A stretch of 64,000 nt of DNA from positions 20,708,001-20,772,000 of the forward strand of contig NC_043003.1 of NCBI RefSeq assembly GCF_006345805.1, written 5' to 3'. Position 1 is the first letter of the stretch; the number at the start of each line of letters is the position of its first letter. Made by a program: the position numbers and the translations under genes. Shown here in pieces: positions 42,704 through 55,629 of this stretch. The DNA comes from Octopus sinensis. Its lineage: Eukaryota. The notes beneath the pieces were generated by a model. It was not told the origin of the DNA. It ran no database searches and saw only the letters and a list, made by a program, of their open reading frames with translations.

Positions 42704-42843
42704 GTTATTATTGAGTGAGAGAGCAGTGCATGCCATCAAAGTGACACTGGGGTAAAATATACGAAGCCCAATATACCCATCATGACTACCCGTCTGATAA
42801 GGGTACACCAGGCACATGCATCACATTATTATTATTATTATTA

Positions 42844-42845
<2 letters not shown>

Positions 42846-42885
<40 letters not shown>

Positions 42886-43105
42886 CTTCGTAACACAGTG
42901 TAGGTAGAAATGCACCGGTGTCTTTAGTCATCTGTCAAGTCACAACAAGGACCGCAGACGGATAATACTTTCCTTAGGATTTGCGCTATGCCCAATAAGG
43001 CTGCTTTTTGCAATCTGTCAATCTTGCATGGGATTTCCAGCTGCCTTAAGTTTTGCGGTAATGAAATTTTTGGCATTCAGGTTGGATTGCAACACCATCT
43101 TCAAC
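42846..43105 (-). mobile_element. RLE-type LINE 3' end with (TAA)n tail
   Basis: Minus frame LQKAALLGIAQILRKVL, short UTR, then taataa repeat. Confidence 0.7.
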
Positions 43106-43130
43106 CTTCTTCTTCTTCTTCTTCTTCTTC

Positions 43131-43225
<95 letters not shown>

Positions 43226-43229
43226 ATTA

Positions 43230-43261
<32 letters not shown>

Positions 43262-43599
43262 TAAGGCGGAATGCTAGCCTTATTTCGACTGCCGGTACGT
43301 TCTGGCTTCAAGTTCCTCCGAGGTCACCTTTGTCTTTTATCTTTTCGGGGTTGATAAATTAAGTAACGCTGAAACACTGGCGTCAATATACTCGACTAGT
43401 CCCCTTCCCAAAAATTTTAGGCCTTGTGCCTCCGATAGAAAGCATTATTATTATGATTAAGCCGGCGAGCTGGCAGAAACGTTAGCACGCCGAGCGAAAT
43501 GCTTATCAGAATAAAATAATATTTTGCAATATTATTTTATTCTCTTAGTTTTATATGTTTGCGCTTTTATCGCCTTTAAATTATTCTCCATTTGAAGCA

Positions 43600-44330
43600 A
43601 TGTATCGGTCCAGGCGTGTTTTCCATTATTCGAAACGGTGCTGGGACTCTTGCGAAGTGATGCTTTTTAAAGCCTCCGTCGTTTTTGTTTTTTTATCCTT
43701 ACCTCTTCCACGTCTGCAAATTCCATTGCACCAGCATTCATCACCAGTGATGACCTTCGGAAAAATTTCCAGATCAACTTTCAACTGTTCTTTCAGCTCA
43801 TGACATGCATTCAGTCTTGACTGCTTTTGATCTTCCGTGAGCGAACGAGGCACAAATGTTGCTGCAACTCTTTTCATTTGCAATTCCTCGCTGTAAATTC
43901 GTTGGCAAGAACTCCTGGACACACCAGTCATATCATCAAGTTGATCAATTGTTCGGTGATGGTTCTCCAAGATCAGTTCATGAATTTTCGTGATGTTTTC
44001 ATTCGTTCGGGAGGTCGACGGTCGCCCTGAACAAAATTGATCTCCAAGCGACAAGTGACCGTTGCTAAAGCGTGGAAATCACTCATGAACTTGTGTTTTG
44101 ATTCATGGCAGTATCCCTGTAAGCTGTCTGAAGCATAACATCTGTTTCAGCTGCCTTTTTCCCCAGCAGAAAACAAAATTTCACGGGAGCAAGCTGTTCC
44201 TTCGCTTCAGCTACCGCAAAAATCGACGAACAGGGGAGAAGCACTACAATACAAAGACGTACCACGTGGCAGTACGACGACAAAAAAATGAAAATGAAAA
44301 TTTTGTTACACAAGTGTTATTGGCTGATAC
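43600..44330 (-). mobile_element. Degenerate mariner transposase (5' two-thirds)
   Basis: EQLAPVKFCFLLGKKAAET..LQTAY; SGRPSTSRT..I..IHELI..; MKRVAATFVPRSLTEDQK; KVITGDE.W. Confidence 0.85.
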
Positions 44331-45934
44331 GTACTGAATTCTATCAAACAAGCAATAATCCATGAGGGGCGCACAGAGCAGCAAAAATCCAAGCATAACG
44401 TATCTATTCATTCTTAATATGTTCTCGCAGATTCGGACGTGAATGTCTCAGCATTGTTGCTTATTTGTCATCAGTTGTTTACATACTCTTTTTTCTCTTT
44501 TACTTGTTTCAGTCAAGCAAATCGACCCCGGGACTTATTCTTTGTAAGTCTCTTTTGCCGAACCGCTAAGTGACGGGGACGTAAACACACCAACATCGGT
44601 TGTCAAGCAATGCTAGGGGGACAAACACAGACACACAAACATATACACACACACATACATATATACGACAGGCTTCTTTCAGTTTCCGTCTACCAAATCC
44701 ACTCACAAGGCATTGGTCGGCCCGGGACTATAGCAGAAGACACTTGCCCAAGATGCCACGCAGTCGGACTGAACCCGGAACTACCACAGCCACTCCTGCG
44801 CCTGTTGAATACGATATGCGTATCTATACTGAATACAGAGAATCTTATCGCTGACTTGAGATATGACCAGACAGTCAGTCAACGCGTTGTCAGTTCGTTT
44901 CATGTTACCATTATTGTGTTGTATAAGTGACAATACACTTAAATTTCAACACCCTTGCTCACTTAACTGCGTGATCATCTACAAATAAAGAAATAAATTA
45001 AAATTTTCTAACGTAGATTTATTTCCCTTAACATGTGATAAGAGTTATTTCCCTTGGCATATAAATAAGAGTTACGTCCCTTGATCTACTTTTTGCACTT
45101 GCACGATATTTCTTTTAACGTCGTAAAAATAATAATATCTACGTCCATACCTATATAGATTCTCGCAGGTTCATCTTTAAGAGGTGGAGGTCTGTGTATT
45201 ATAGTGTTGGAGGGAGAAGTCACCAAAATAAACATCTAGAAAATAAATGAAGTACTGATTGAACTCTCTGTACAGTTATTTGATCATTTAGAAATAATCT
45301 GTGGTCTATAAAAACTCTGGATGGTCTCGGTTGGAATCCCTTTCGTTAGTTGAGTGATCTGGGGCTAAACACCATTTACTCATACACGTGCTTTCTTGTT
45401 TACTCATTTTCAAGAGCTGAGTGGATTAGAGCAACATGAAATAAAGTGTCTTGCTCAAGGACACTACGCACCACTGGAAATCGAACTCACAACCATTACA
45501 ATCATGAGCCAAGTATCCAAAACTCCAAGCCATACACTTTCACTGTAACTTTAAATGGTACATAAACACCATGTTAACTGGACAAATTGCAATTTCACAA
45601 AATATACAAAAATATGAAGATTTAACCAATTCAAATAATGAGAAGCAAATAAGACAATATTGACATATATAAATTTATTGAGATCTTACAAGAACAAAGA
45701 AAAATGAAAATCCACCAATTGGTTTTGTCACAAAATTGTGCACTTCATTGATTTCGTTATAAAATTTTACAGAGACAATATACAAATCATTTCAAAACTT
45801 AAAATTCGTTTCATATTCTGGCACAAGGCCAGCAAGTTTGGGGGAGGAGATAAGTCGATTATATTGACCTCAGTGCTTTGAGTGTTGTACAGTGACTATA
45901 TCACATATTTATGATACAGTCACAAACCTTTACA

Positions 45935-48440
45935 ATATTGTTAGTTAAATGATACAGCTGACTTCATTCTTGTGATGGAGACCCTTCTAAAGAATCACAC
46001 ACTATTCCATGCAAAAGCTACTTTCATATTTCAAATTTGGTTTTTCCTTTATAATATTTGGCGTTAGGAAGGGCATCCGGCTGTAGAAACCTTGCCAGAT
46101 CAGATCGGGGGCCTGGTACAGCCTTCCGGCTTGCAGTCCTCAGTCGAACTGTCAAACCCATGCCAGCATAGAAAGAAGACATTAAACAATGATGACAACG
46201 ACGATGATAATGATGATGAAATTGCTAACATTACACTAACTCTGCTTACAGTAGCATTTTATTTTCAGACAACATTTCAGATGAAATGATATCCAGAATG
46301 AGCTGTAATGAATATCAATAAGCTAAATATTAAAATAAATTCTTATTCATATTTATTAATATAATTATTATATTTTAACATATTCTCAACATCTTTCTCT
46401 GAGTTTCTACTGCACCACCAGATGCACTTGTGTCTTATTGAAGTGCATACAACATTGTCTTTTGAGGTTTTAGAATTGAGACTTATTGGCATCATCATTA
46501 TCTAATGTCCACTTTCTATGCTGGCATGGATGGAACGGTTTGAGAGGGAACCAGAGACTTGTGTTGAGCTACAGTGTCACCATTGACATGATTTCTACTT
46601 AATGGGTTTGTTAGGTTCCCTCAGATGTTACTTTAGTTGTTCACCTATTTGTGGTGTAGAATATGTACCTTGGGAGTTGTGTGGTACCTGTATCACATAT
46701 TTGTGTTGTGTGAGTTATGTTGAGCATTGGGTGTTGTCACGATTGTGCAGAATATGTGACTGTGTAGTTCGTTATATTACTGGAAGGCACATGTGTAGAA
46801 TACAAGATGCAAGGGTGTACGCAATGGTATGTGAGGTGGGTTATAATACTGATATTATAATAATCAGTATTGTATAACCAAAGATTGTTATTTTGGGTTG
46901 TTTTTTTTTGGGGGGGGCAATATGTAATGGGCAAAAGATATTTTAATTCGTCCACAAGCTGCATGGCAATAAATTTAGGTCCATATGTGAAGAAATATTG
47001 ATTTTAAAGTTCTACATTGCAAATATGAACAAGGCATTGTAAGGCACATATGTCAACCATTTTAAACAAGCAAAAGGAAGTCAATATTATTTTTTATAAA
47101 AAAAGACCGAAGCCCCACAGCAGAAAATATATTTCACAACACCAATTCAGTTTCCCTCAAAAGTTGAGATCTTGTAATATCCGTCATCAGAGATATATAA
47201 GGACTGATGGGCTATTGTGGCTACACACTAGTTGGTTTTCTTCTTTAGTTCATTATCCAGTTCTTTCATGAGGCGTAAGGCAAGCTCATCCTTAGCTGTT
47301 GGAGCAGCAATCTGGATATTGATTGGAAGTCCAACACTGTTTGGAAGTGACTGCAAAGAAACAAGACATATATATTTAAAATTGTCAGAGTAGGTGTCAT
47401 GGAAGAATCGCTGTCAGCAAAGTTTAAGATGACTCAGACTACAAAGCCATGAATTTAAACTCCACCACATTCTTTGTCAAGATATGTTGTTTTTATTTCC
47501 TTATAGAAAGTAAATAATCATTATATAATGTGATTGTGCAAATACATTAGGCCAATTAAGATTATATTATTTCCCCATCTTTAGAACACACATCGATTTC
47601 AGATTTTGGCACAAGACCAGCAACTTCGGGGAAGGGGTAAGTTGATTACATCAACCCCAGTACTCAACTGGTACTTATTTCATCAACCCGGAAAAGATGA
47701 TAGGCAAAGTCAACCTCAATGGAATTTGAACTCAGAACGTAAAGACAGACAAAATGCCACTAAGCATTTTTCCCAACATGCTAACAATTCTACCAGCTCA
47801 CCGCCTTCTTTAGAACATATATTGGCAATATTAATAACTTTGCTGTATTTTGATCTGTTCATCATTGAGTGATCAGTGATATCATATGACTATGATATCA
47901 TATTGTTGTGTGATTAAAGAATTGGTTTCCCATCCCTGTGATTTCAGGTTTGAAACTATTTGCATAATATGGCAACTTGGCAAGTGTCTTCTGCCATCGC
48001 CTTGTGTTTTCTGATGCCTTTTAAACGAAACTCAATATACAAAACTTTGTTTTTGCTTTATAAATTACTACCCCCACCTACCCATCTGTCACTCACCTCT
48101 TATACTCTTATGAAATTATGTATCCTTTCCCCCTCCCATGATCCATTGTCCATGTTCTCTCTTACTCTCACCTTCTTGTACCTTAAGAATATACTCTGGC
48201 ACCTTGTCCCCATCATCTTTATGTTTTCCAGCTACTCCTACCCATCATTATATTATATGGGGGTAACCATATATCTCCTCTATAGCAAAATACCCATGTT
48301 TCTCCTGCTATCATACGCTGGCCTTCAACACCAGGCAGAAAGCCACCTCCCCACCTCTCTTTCAAATACACTCCCACTCGGTCAAGGGGTTGGGGGTTCT
48401 CTCCTTTTTCTTTTTTTTATTTTGTCCAGCAAGTTTCAGG
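45935..48440. repeat. Segmental duplication copy A (terminal exon, 3' flank and part of upstream intron)
   Basis: Colinear with ~50000-52990 over long stretches, e.g. aaatgatacagctgacttcattcttgtgatggaga and gtgtcttctgccatcgccttgtgttttctgatgcc. Confidence 0.9.
47228..47350 (-). CDS. FAAH: FAAH-like terminal exon, distal copy A (SLPNSVGLPINIQIAAPTAKDELALRLMKELDNELKKKTN*)
   Basis: Same tttctttgcAG acceptor, phase 0, intact frame. GLPxxxQ..ELxLRxMxE resembles FAAH GLPVAVQ..EELCLRFMRE. Confidence 0.8.
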   Translation of the reverse strand, partial: SLPNSVGLPINIQIAAPTAKDELALRLMKELDNELKKKTN

Positions 48441-50219
48441 GAGGAGATAAGTCAATTACATTGACCCTGGTGTTCCAACTGGCACTTACTTTAAAGGATG
48501 ATAGACAAAGTCAACTTTGGCAGAATTTAAGCTCAGCTAAGCATTTTGCCCAGCACCCTAACAGTTCTGCCAGCTTGCTGCTCTCATTTAAAAGGTAATA
48601 TTAATACATTTTCAATTAATTCTTGTCGGGATTTAAAAAGAGAAATCAAAATTATAAAACAAAGCAAAAATGATATACTTGAATGATAATTGACAAAGAT
48701 AAAGGATTTTATGTTATTTTTGAAATTTTCCTGGATTATGCTCTCTCTGTAATCTCTTCAATTACTTCTGTCCAAACTGGGCTCCTAAACACCACAACTT
48801 CACTGCTCTGTTCATTGACCACTTCAGTTATCTTCTGTTTTTTTGCTTGCTTCAGTCATTTGGCTGCAGTCATACTGGAGCACTATCTTAAAAAGTTGTC
48901 AAGCAAATCTATCTCTGTACTTGTTTTTAAATTTGGCACACATTCTATTGCCCTCTTTTACTGAATGATTTAATTTGGTATTGATCTAAATTTAAGAAAC
49001 CTAAGAAAAAATATCCCTCTCCGGCTGTTTCCCTGTTGTGAATTAAATGTTGCAAGCAGATCATTCAAAGTGGTCTAGAATGTAGACCTTTCTTAAACCT
49101 TAAGTTAATACACAGTGAAAGTCATAAGCAGTAATGTCTTAAGCCATGAGCACTCTGAGCAGTTGCACTGAGTCCTCACAGGTATAGGGACCCAATTCTA
49201 ATGTATGTATGCTGCAGCTTTCTGTCAATGAATACATAACTATAGGGCCCAGTGCAGCCCTGGTCATAGGTACTCTACTGTTGAGCAATGGATATGTTAA
49301 CAATAAACCAATCTTGTTTAAAACAGGAACGCATTTAGCTGGTTAAATAAATCTATTAATTTTTACAGAGTAAAAATTACACAGGACTCAGCTTTTAGTA
49401 CAACATTCTTGTTGACTGTTTTGTCACTGTCAAAATAAATGTTAACTTATAAATTTGTGGTCATGTGACACCCAAAGCATAAACATCCTTATCTGTGATG
49501 GTCTATGCTAATAGGGATTAGCAGAGGTGTGATCTGAAAACGTATATAAAGAAAGAAATGCAATGATCTTTTGTAGATATTATCTACAACAGCATGGTTG
49601 CAACAGATCTTTTATCTTTCTCTCAATCTCTCTATCATTTTTGAGAGTCATTTTGAATAAAAGAAGCTTCCCTTTCCATTACTCTCCCCTCAGAATCAAA
49701 TATGTGTCTAACAATATTTCTTAATGAAATAAATATGGAAATGAAATAATATTAATAAACTAATAGACACTATTTATAATACATGAGAAGATGCCATGAT
49801 AAGCTGCCTGAAGTAATGTATGAATGGTATAGTCACCCAGCTAGCTACAGATAAAACTGGTCTCAGATTAGAACTTATATTGTGTGATACCATTAATTAA
49901 ACTGTAATTGATATTTAAGATAGATCTCATACTTAACATTCTTTTCTTACATGGGGATAATTAACTTGCATTATCTTCAAGTACAATTTGTGAATTTTTA
50001 TAATATTGCTAGCTAAATGATACAGCTGACTTCATTCTTGTGATGGAGAAATTCTTTAAGAATCACACACTACTCTGTGCAAATGCTACTTTCATATTTC
50101 AAATTTGGTTTTTGCTTTATAAATTACTAACATTACACTAACCCTGCTTACAGTAGCATTTTATTTTCGGACAACATTTCAGACAAAATGATGTAATAAT
50201 AGCCAGAATGAACTGTAAT

Positions 50220-50584
50220 CATCATCATCATCGTTTAACATCCGCTTTCCATGTTAGCATGGGTTGGACGATTTTGACTGAGGGCTGGCAAACCAGGTGG
50301 CTGCACCAGGCTCCAATCTTATACTGGCAGAGTTTCTACAGCTGGATGCCCTTCCTAACGCCAACCACTCCGAGAGTGTAGTGGGTGCTTTTTATGTGCC
50401 ACCGGCACGGGGGCCACTCAGGTGGTACTGGCAATGACCATACTCAAATCTTTTTATACATGCCACCAGCACAGATGCCAGTAAGGTGACGTTGATAACG
50501 ATCACGCTCGAATGGTGCCCTTTTACGTGCCACAGCACGGGGGCCAGTCAGGTGGTACTGGCAATGACCTCACTCGAATCTTAA
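50220..50584 (-). mobile_element. Non-autonomous retroelement with (GAT)n tail; related copies 46068-46218(+), 59895-60170(-), 63290-63480(-)
   Basis: Shared ggcgttaggaagggcatccagctgtagaaac..aacccatgctagcatggaaa block; absent from the paralogous duplication copy. Confidence 0.75.
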
Positions 50585-50937
50585 TGAATATCAATAAGCT
50601 AAATCCTAAAATAAATTCTTACTCGTATTTATTAATATAATTATTATATTTTAACATATTCTCAACATCTTTCTCGGAGTTTCTACTGCACCACCAGATG
50701 CACTTGTATATTACTGAAGTGCATACAACATTGTCTTTTGAGGTTTTAGAATTGAGATTATCTAATGTCCACTTTCCATGCTAGCATGGATGGAATGGTT
50801 TGAGAGGGAACCAGAGACTTGCAGGGCTGTGTCAAGCTCCAGTGTCACCTTTTGTATAATTTCTACTAAACGGGTTTAAGTTCCTTCACATGTTACTTTA
50901 CCTATTCATCTGTTTGTTGTGTAGAATATGTGCCTTG

Positions 50938-51375
50938 GGAGTTGTGTGGTAACTGTATCACATATTTGTGTTGTTTGAGTTGTGCTATGTGGCCATACCA
51001 CATACTTGTGTTGTGTGAGTTGTGTTATGTGCTTTGGGTGTTGTGTGTTGACTGTACCACATATTTGTGTTGTGTGAGCTGTGTTATGTGCTTTGGGTGT
51101 TGTGTGGTGATCGTACCACATACTTGTGTTGTGTGAGTTATGTTATATGCTTTGGGTGTTGTGTGGTGACCATATCACATATTTGTGTTGTGTGAGTTGT
51201 GTTATGTGCTTTGGGTGTTGTGTGGTGACTGTACCACATATTTGTATTGTGTGAGCCGTGTTATGTGTTTTTGGTGTTGTGTAGTGACCGTACCACATGT
51301 GTTGTGTGAGTTGTGTTATGTGCTTTGGGTGTTGCGTGTTGACTGTACCACATACTTGTGTTGTGTGAGTTCTGT
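50938..51375. repeat. Same 59-bp minisatellite, ~7 degenerate units
   Basis: Same unit with scattered substitutions. Confidence 0.9.
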
Positions 51376-51872
51376 TATATGTTTTAATGTCAGGTGTTGA
51401 TTGTGCAGAATATATGGCTGTGTAGTTCATGTTATATTATTGGGAGGCACATGCATCAGAATATGAGATGAATGATATGTAAGCAATGGTGTGTGAGGTG
51501 GGCAATAATACTGATATTATAATAATCAGTATTGTATAACCAAAGATTGTTATTTTGGTGTTTTTTGCAATATGTTATGAGCAAAAGATATTTTAATTCA
51601 CCCACAAGCTGCATGGCAATAAATTTAGGTCCATATGTGAAGAAATAGTGATTTTAAAGTTCTACTTTGCAAATATGAACAAGGCATTGTAAGGCACATA
51701 TTTCAACTATTTTAAACAAACAATAGGAAGTCAATGTTTTTATTTTATATAGAAAAGACCAACGCCCCACAGCAGAATAAATATTTCACAGCACCAATTC
51801 ACTTTTCCTCAAAAGTTGAGATCTTGTGATATTTGTGATCACAGATGTCTAAAGCTTGATGTACTATCGTGG

Positions 51873-52001
51873 CTACACACTAGTTGATATCACCTTTAGT
51901 TCACTATCTATTTCTTTCACGACGCGTAAGACAAGCTCATCCTTATATATAGGTGCAACGACTTGGATATTGACTGGAAGTCCAACACTGCCTGGAATTG
52001 A
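51873..52001 (-). CDS. FAAH: FAAH-like terminal exon, proximal copy B (SIPGSVGLPVNIQVVAPIYKDELVLRVVKEIDSELKVISTSV*)
   Basis: tttctttgcAG acceptor, phase 0; amidase C-terminal GLPVxxQ..ELxLR motif; TAG stop; minus-strand AATAAA at 51739-51744. Confidence 0.85.
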   Translation of the reverse strand, partial: SIPGSVGLPVNIQVVAPIYKDELVLRVVKEIDSELKVISTSV

Positions 52002-53687
52002 CTGCAAAGAAACAAGACATATATATTTGGAATTGTCAAAGGATGTTATGAAAGAATCGTTGTCAGCAAAGTTTAAGATGACTCAGACCACAGACTACAA
52101 AGTCATGAATTTAAACTCCACCACATTCTTTGTCATGATTTGTTGTTGTTCTTAGTTCCTTATAGAAAGTAAATAATCATTATTTAATGTGATTGTGCAA
52201 ATACATTAGGCAAATTAAGATTATATTATTTCCCCATCTTTAGAACATACATCGATTTCAAATTTTGGTACAAGGCCAGCAACGTTGGGGGAGGGGTAAG
52301 TTGATTATTTCATCAATCCGGAAAGGATGATAGGCAAAGTCAACCTCAATGGAATTTGAACTCAGGATGTAAAGACAAGCAAAATACCATAAAGATTTTT
52401 CCCAACATGCTAACAATTCTACCAGCTCACCACCTTCTTCAGAACATATAATGGCAATATTAATAACTGTGCTGTATTTTGATCTGTTCATCATTGAATG
52501 ATCAGACAAATCAAAATACCATGTAAAATATAAATATGGTAAATATCTACAAAAAATAGGTTTCTTGCTTAACATATGACTAATACAATATCAGATATTG
52601 TTGTATGATTAAAAAATCAGTTTCTGATCCCTGTAGTTTCAGGTTTGAACCTACTTGCATAATATGGCAACTTGGCAAGTGTCTTCTGCCATCGCCTTGT
52701 GTTTTCTGATGCCTTTTAAATGAAACTCAATATACAAAACTTTGTGAAAGACTACCTACCCATCTGTCACTCTCCTCTCATACTCTTATGAAATTATGCA
52801 TCCTTTCCTTCTCCCGTGATCCATTGTCCATGAATCTCCTCTATAGTAAGACACCTACACTTCTCCCTCTATCATCCGCTAGTCTTCAACACCAGACAGA
52901 AAGCCACCTCTCCCGTCTCTCAAATACACTCCAACTCAGTCAAGTGGGGTTTTCTCTCCATTTTCTTTCTTTACTTTGTCTAGCAAGTTACCTGATGACC
53001 TAACAGGTTTCTGTGTCATGGAGAAAGCACCCAGTACACATTGTAAAATGTAAGTATTGTTTTTAAATAAATATATAAATGTACATTAAATAAAGAATAG
53101 ATTAACAGCGTAGGAGTGGCTGTGTTGTAAGTAGCTTGCTTACGGACCACATGGTTCCCGGGTTCAGTCCCACTGCGTGGCACCTTGTGCAAGTGTCTTC
53201 TACTATAGCCTCGGGCCAACCAAAGCCTTGTGAGTGGATTTGGTAGACGGAAACTGAAAAAAGCCCATCGTATATATGCATATATGTATGTGTGTGTGTG
53301 TATGTTTGTGTGTCTGTGTTTGTCCCACCAACATCGCTTGACAACCAATGCTGGTATTTACGTCCCTGTAACTTAGTGGTTCGGCAAAAGAGACCGATAG
53401 AATAAGTACTAGGCTTACAAAGAATAAGTCCTGGTGTCGATTTGCTCAACTAAAGGTGGTGCTCCAGCATGGTCACAGTCAAATGACTGAAACAAGTAAA
53501 AGAGTAACACATGAAGACTAAAATGTAATGTTTATGAAACTGTTCAAATCTAAATATATTTGCAAACTTACATGTGTGTGTGCATACATGCATGTGTGCG
53601 TGCATACCCATGCATGCATTTGTACTTGTATCAGCAAAGATATACAAGTTGGTATATGTCTTTCGCTAATACATGTTATGTGCCTTG

Positions 53688-55330
53688 GAAGTTGTGTGGT
53701 AACTGTATCACATATTTGTGTTGTGTGAGTTGTGTTATGTGCTTTGGGTGTTGTGTGGCGACTGTAACACATACTTGTGTTGTGTGAGTTGTGTTATGTG
53801 CTTTGGGTGTTGTGTGGTGACTGTACCACATACTTGTGTTGTGTGAGTTGTGTTATGTGCTTTGGGTGTTGTGTGGTGACTGTACCACATACTTGTGTTG
53901 TGTGAGTTGTGTTATGTGCTTTGGGTGTTGTGTGGTGACTGTACCACATACTTGTGTTGTGTGAGTTGTGTTATGTGCTTTGGGTGTTGTGTGGTGACTG
54001 TACCACATACTTGTGTTGTGTGAGTTGTGTTATGTGCTTTGGGTGTTGTGTGGTGACTGTACCACATACTTGTGTTGTGTGAGTTGTGTTATGTGCTTTG
54101 GGTGTTGTGTGGTGACTGTACCACATACTTGTGTTGTGTGAGTTGTGTTATGTGCTTTGGGTGTTGTGTGGTGACTGTACCACATACTTGTGTTGTGTGA
54201 GTTGTGTTATGTGCTTTGGGTGTTGTGTGGTGACTGTACCACATACTTGTGTTGTGTGAGTTGTGTTATGTGCTTTGGGTGTTGTGTGGCGACTGTACCA
54301 CATACTTGTGTTGTGTGAGTTGTGTTATGTGCTTTGGGTGTTGTGTGGTGACTGTACCACATACTTGTGTTGTGTGAGTTGTGTTATGTGCTTTGGGTGT
54401 TGTGTGGTGACTGTACCACATACTTGTGTTGTGTGAGTTGTGTTATGTGCTTTGGGTGTTGTGTGGTGACTGTACCACATACTTGTGTTGTGTGAGTTGT
54501 GTTATGTGCTTTGGGTGTTGTGTGGTGACTGTACCACATACTTGTGTTGTGTGAGTTGTGTTATGTGCTTTGGGTGTTGTGTGGTGACTGTACCACATAC
54601 TTGTGTTGTGTGAGTTGTGTTATGTGCTTTGGGTGTTGTGTGGTGACTGTACCACATACTTGTGTTGTGTGAGTTGTGTTATGTGCTTTGGGTGTTGTGT
54701 GGTGACTGTACCACATACTTGTGTTGTGTGAGTTGTGTTATGTGCTTTGGGTGTTGTGTGGCGACTGTACCACATACTTGTGTTGTGTGAGTTGTGTTAT
54801 GTGCTTTGGGTGTTGTGTGGTGACTGTACCACATACTTGTGTTGTGTGAGTTGTGTTATGTGCTTTGGGTGTTGTGTGGTGACTGTACCACATACTTGTG
54901 TTGTGTGAGTTGTGTTATGTGCTTTGGGTGTTGTGTGGTGACTGTACCACATACTTGTGTTGTGTGAGTTGTGTTATGTGCTTTGGGTGTTGTGTGGTGA
55001 CTGTACCACATACTTGTGTTGTGTGAGTTGTGTTATGTGCTTTGGGTGTTGTGTGGTGACTGTACCACATACTTGTGTTGTGTGAGTTGTGTTATGTGCT
55101 TTGGGTGTTGTGTGGTGACTGTACCACATACTTGTGTTGTGTGAGTTGTGTTATGTGCTTTGGGTGTTGTGTGGTGACTGTACCACATACTTGTGTTGTG
55201 TGAGTTGTGTTATGTGCTTTGGGTGTTGTGTGGTGACCGTATCACATATTTGTGTTGTGTGAGTTGTATTATATGCTTTGGGTGTTGTGTGATGACTGTA
55301 TCACATATGTGTGTTGTGTGAGTTCTGTTA
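53688..55330. repeat. 59-bp minisatellite, ~28 near-identical units, intronic
   Basis: Unit gtgactgtaccacatacttgtgttgtgtgagttgtgttatgtgctttgggtgttgtgtg; the 1-nt shift per 60-nt line confirms the 59-bp period. Confidence 0.95.
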
Positions 55331-55629
55331 TGTGTTTTAATGTCAGGTGTTGATTGTGCAGAATATGTGACTGTGCAGTTCATGTTATATTATTGGGGGG
55401 CACATGCATACAATATGAGATGAATGAGAATATGCATGGAGGCACATGCATACAATATGAGATGAATGAGAATATGCATGGAGGCACATGCATACAGTAT
55501 GAGATGAATCCTAATTAAAAATGCAGTGAACCTGTGACTGGCCTATCAGAGGCTGATAAACATCAGTGCTGTGGTTCAACAAAATAAATGATATAAAACA
55601 AAAGTAGTAAAAAGAAGTATATAACTTAC

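Larger units (their letters stand above)
50000..52990. repeat. Segmental duplication copy B
   Basis: Direct-repeat paralog of 45935-48440, with a private SINE insertion and an expanded minisatellite. Confidence 0.9.

Noticed and set aside
47960-48598. 212-aa plus-strand ORF
   Set aside because: No recognisable domain, it runs through a SINE remnant, and the paralogous region (52650-52990) is broken by deletions.
53688-55330. Regular array resembling a CRISPR locus
   Set aside because: The units are contiguous and identical with no unique spacers, there are no cas genes, and the context is a eukaryotic intron.
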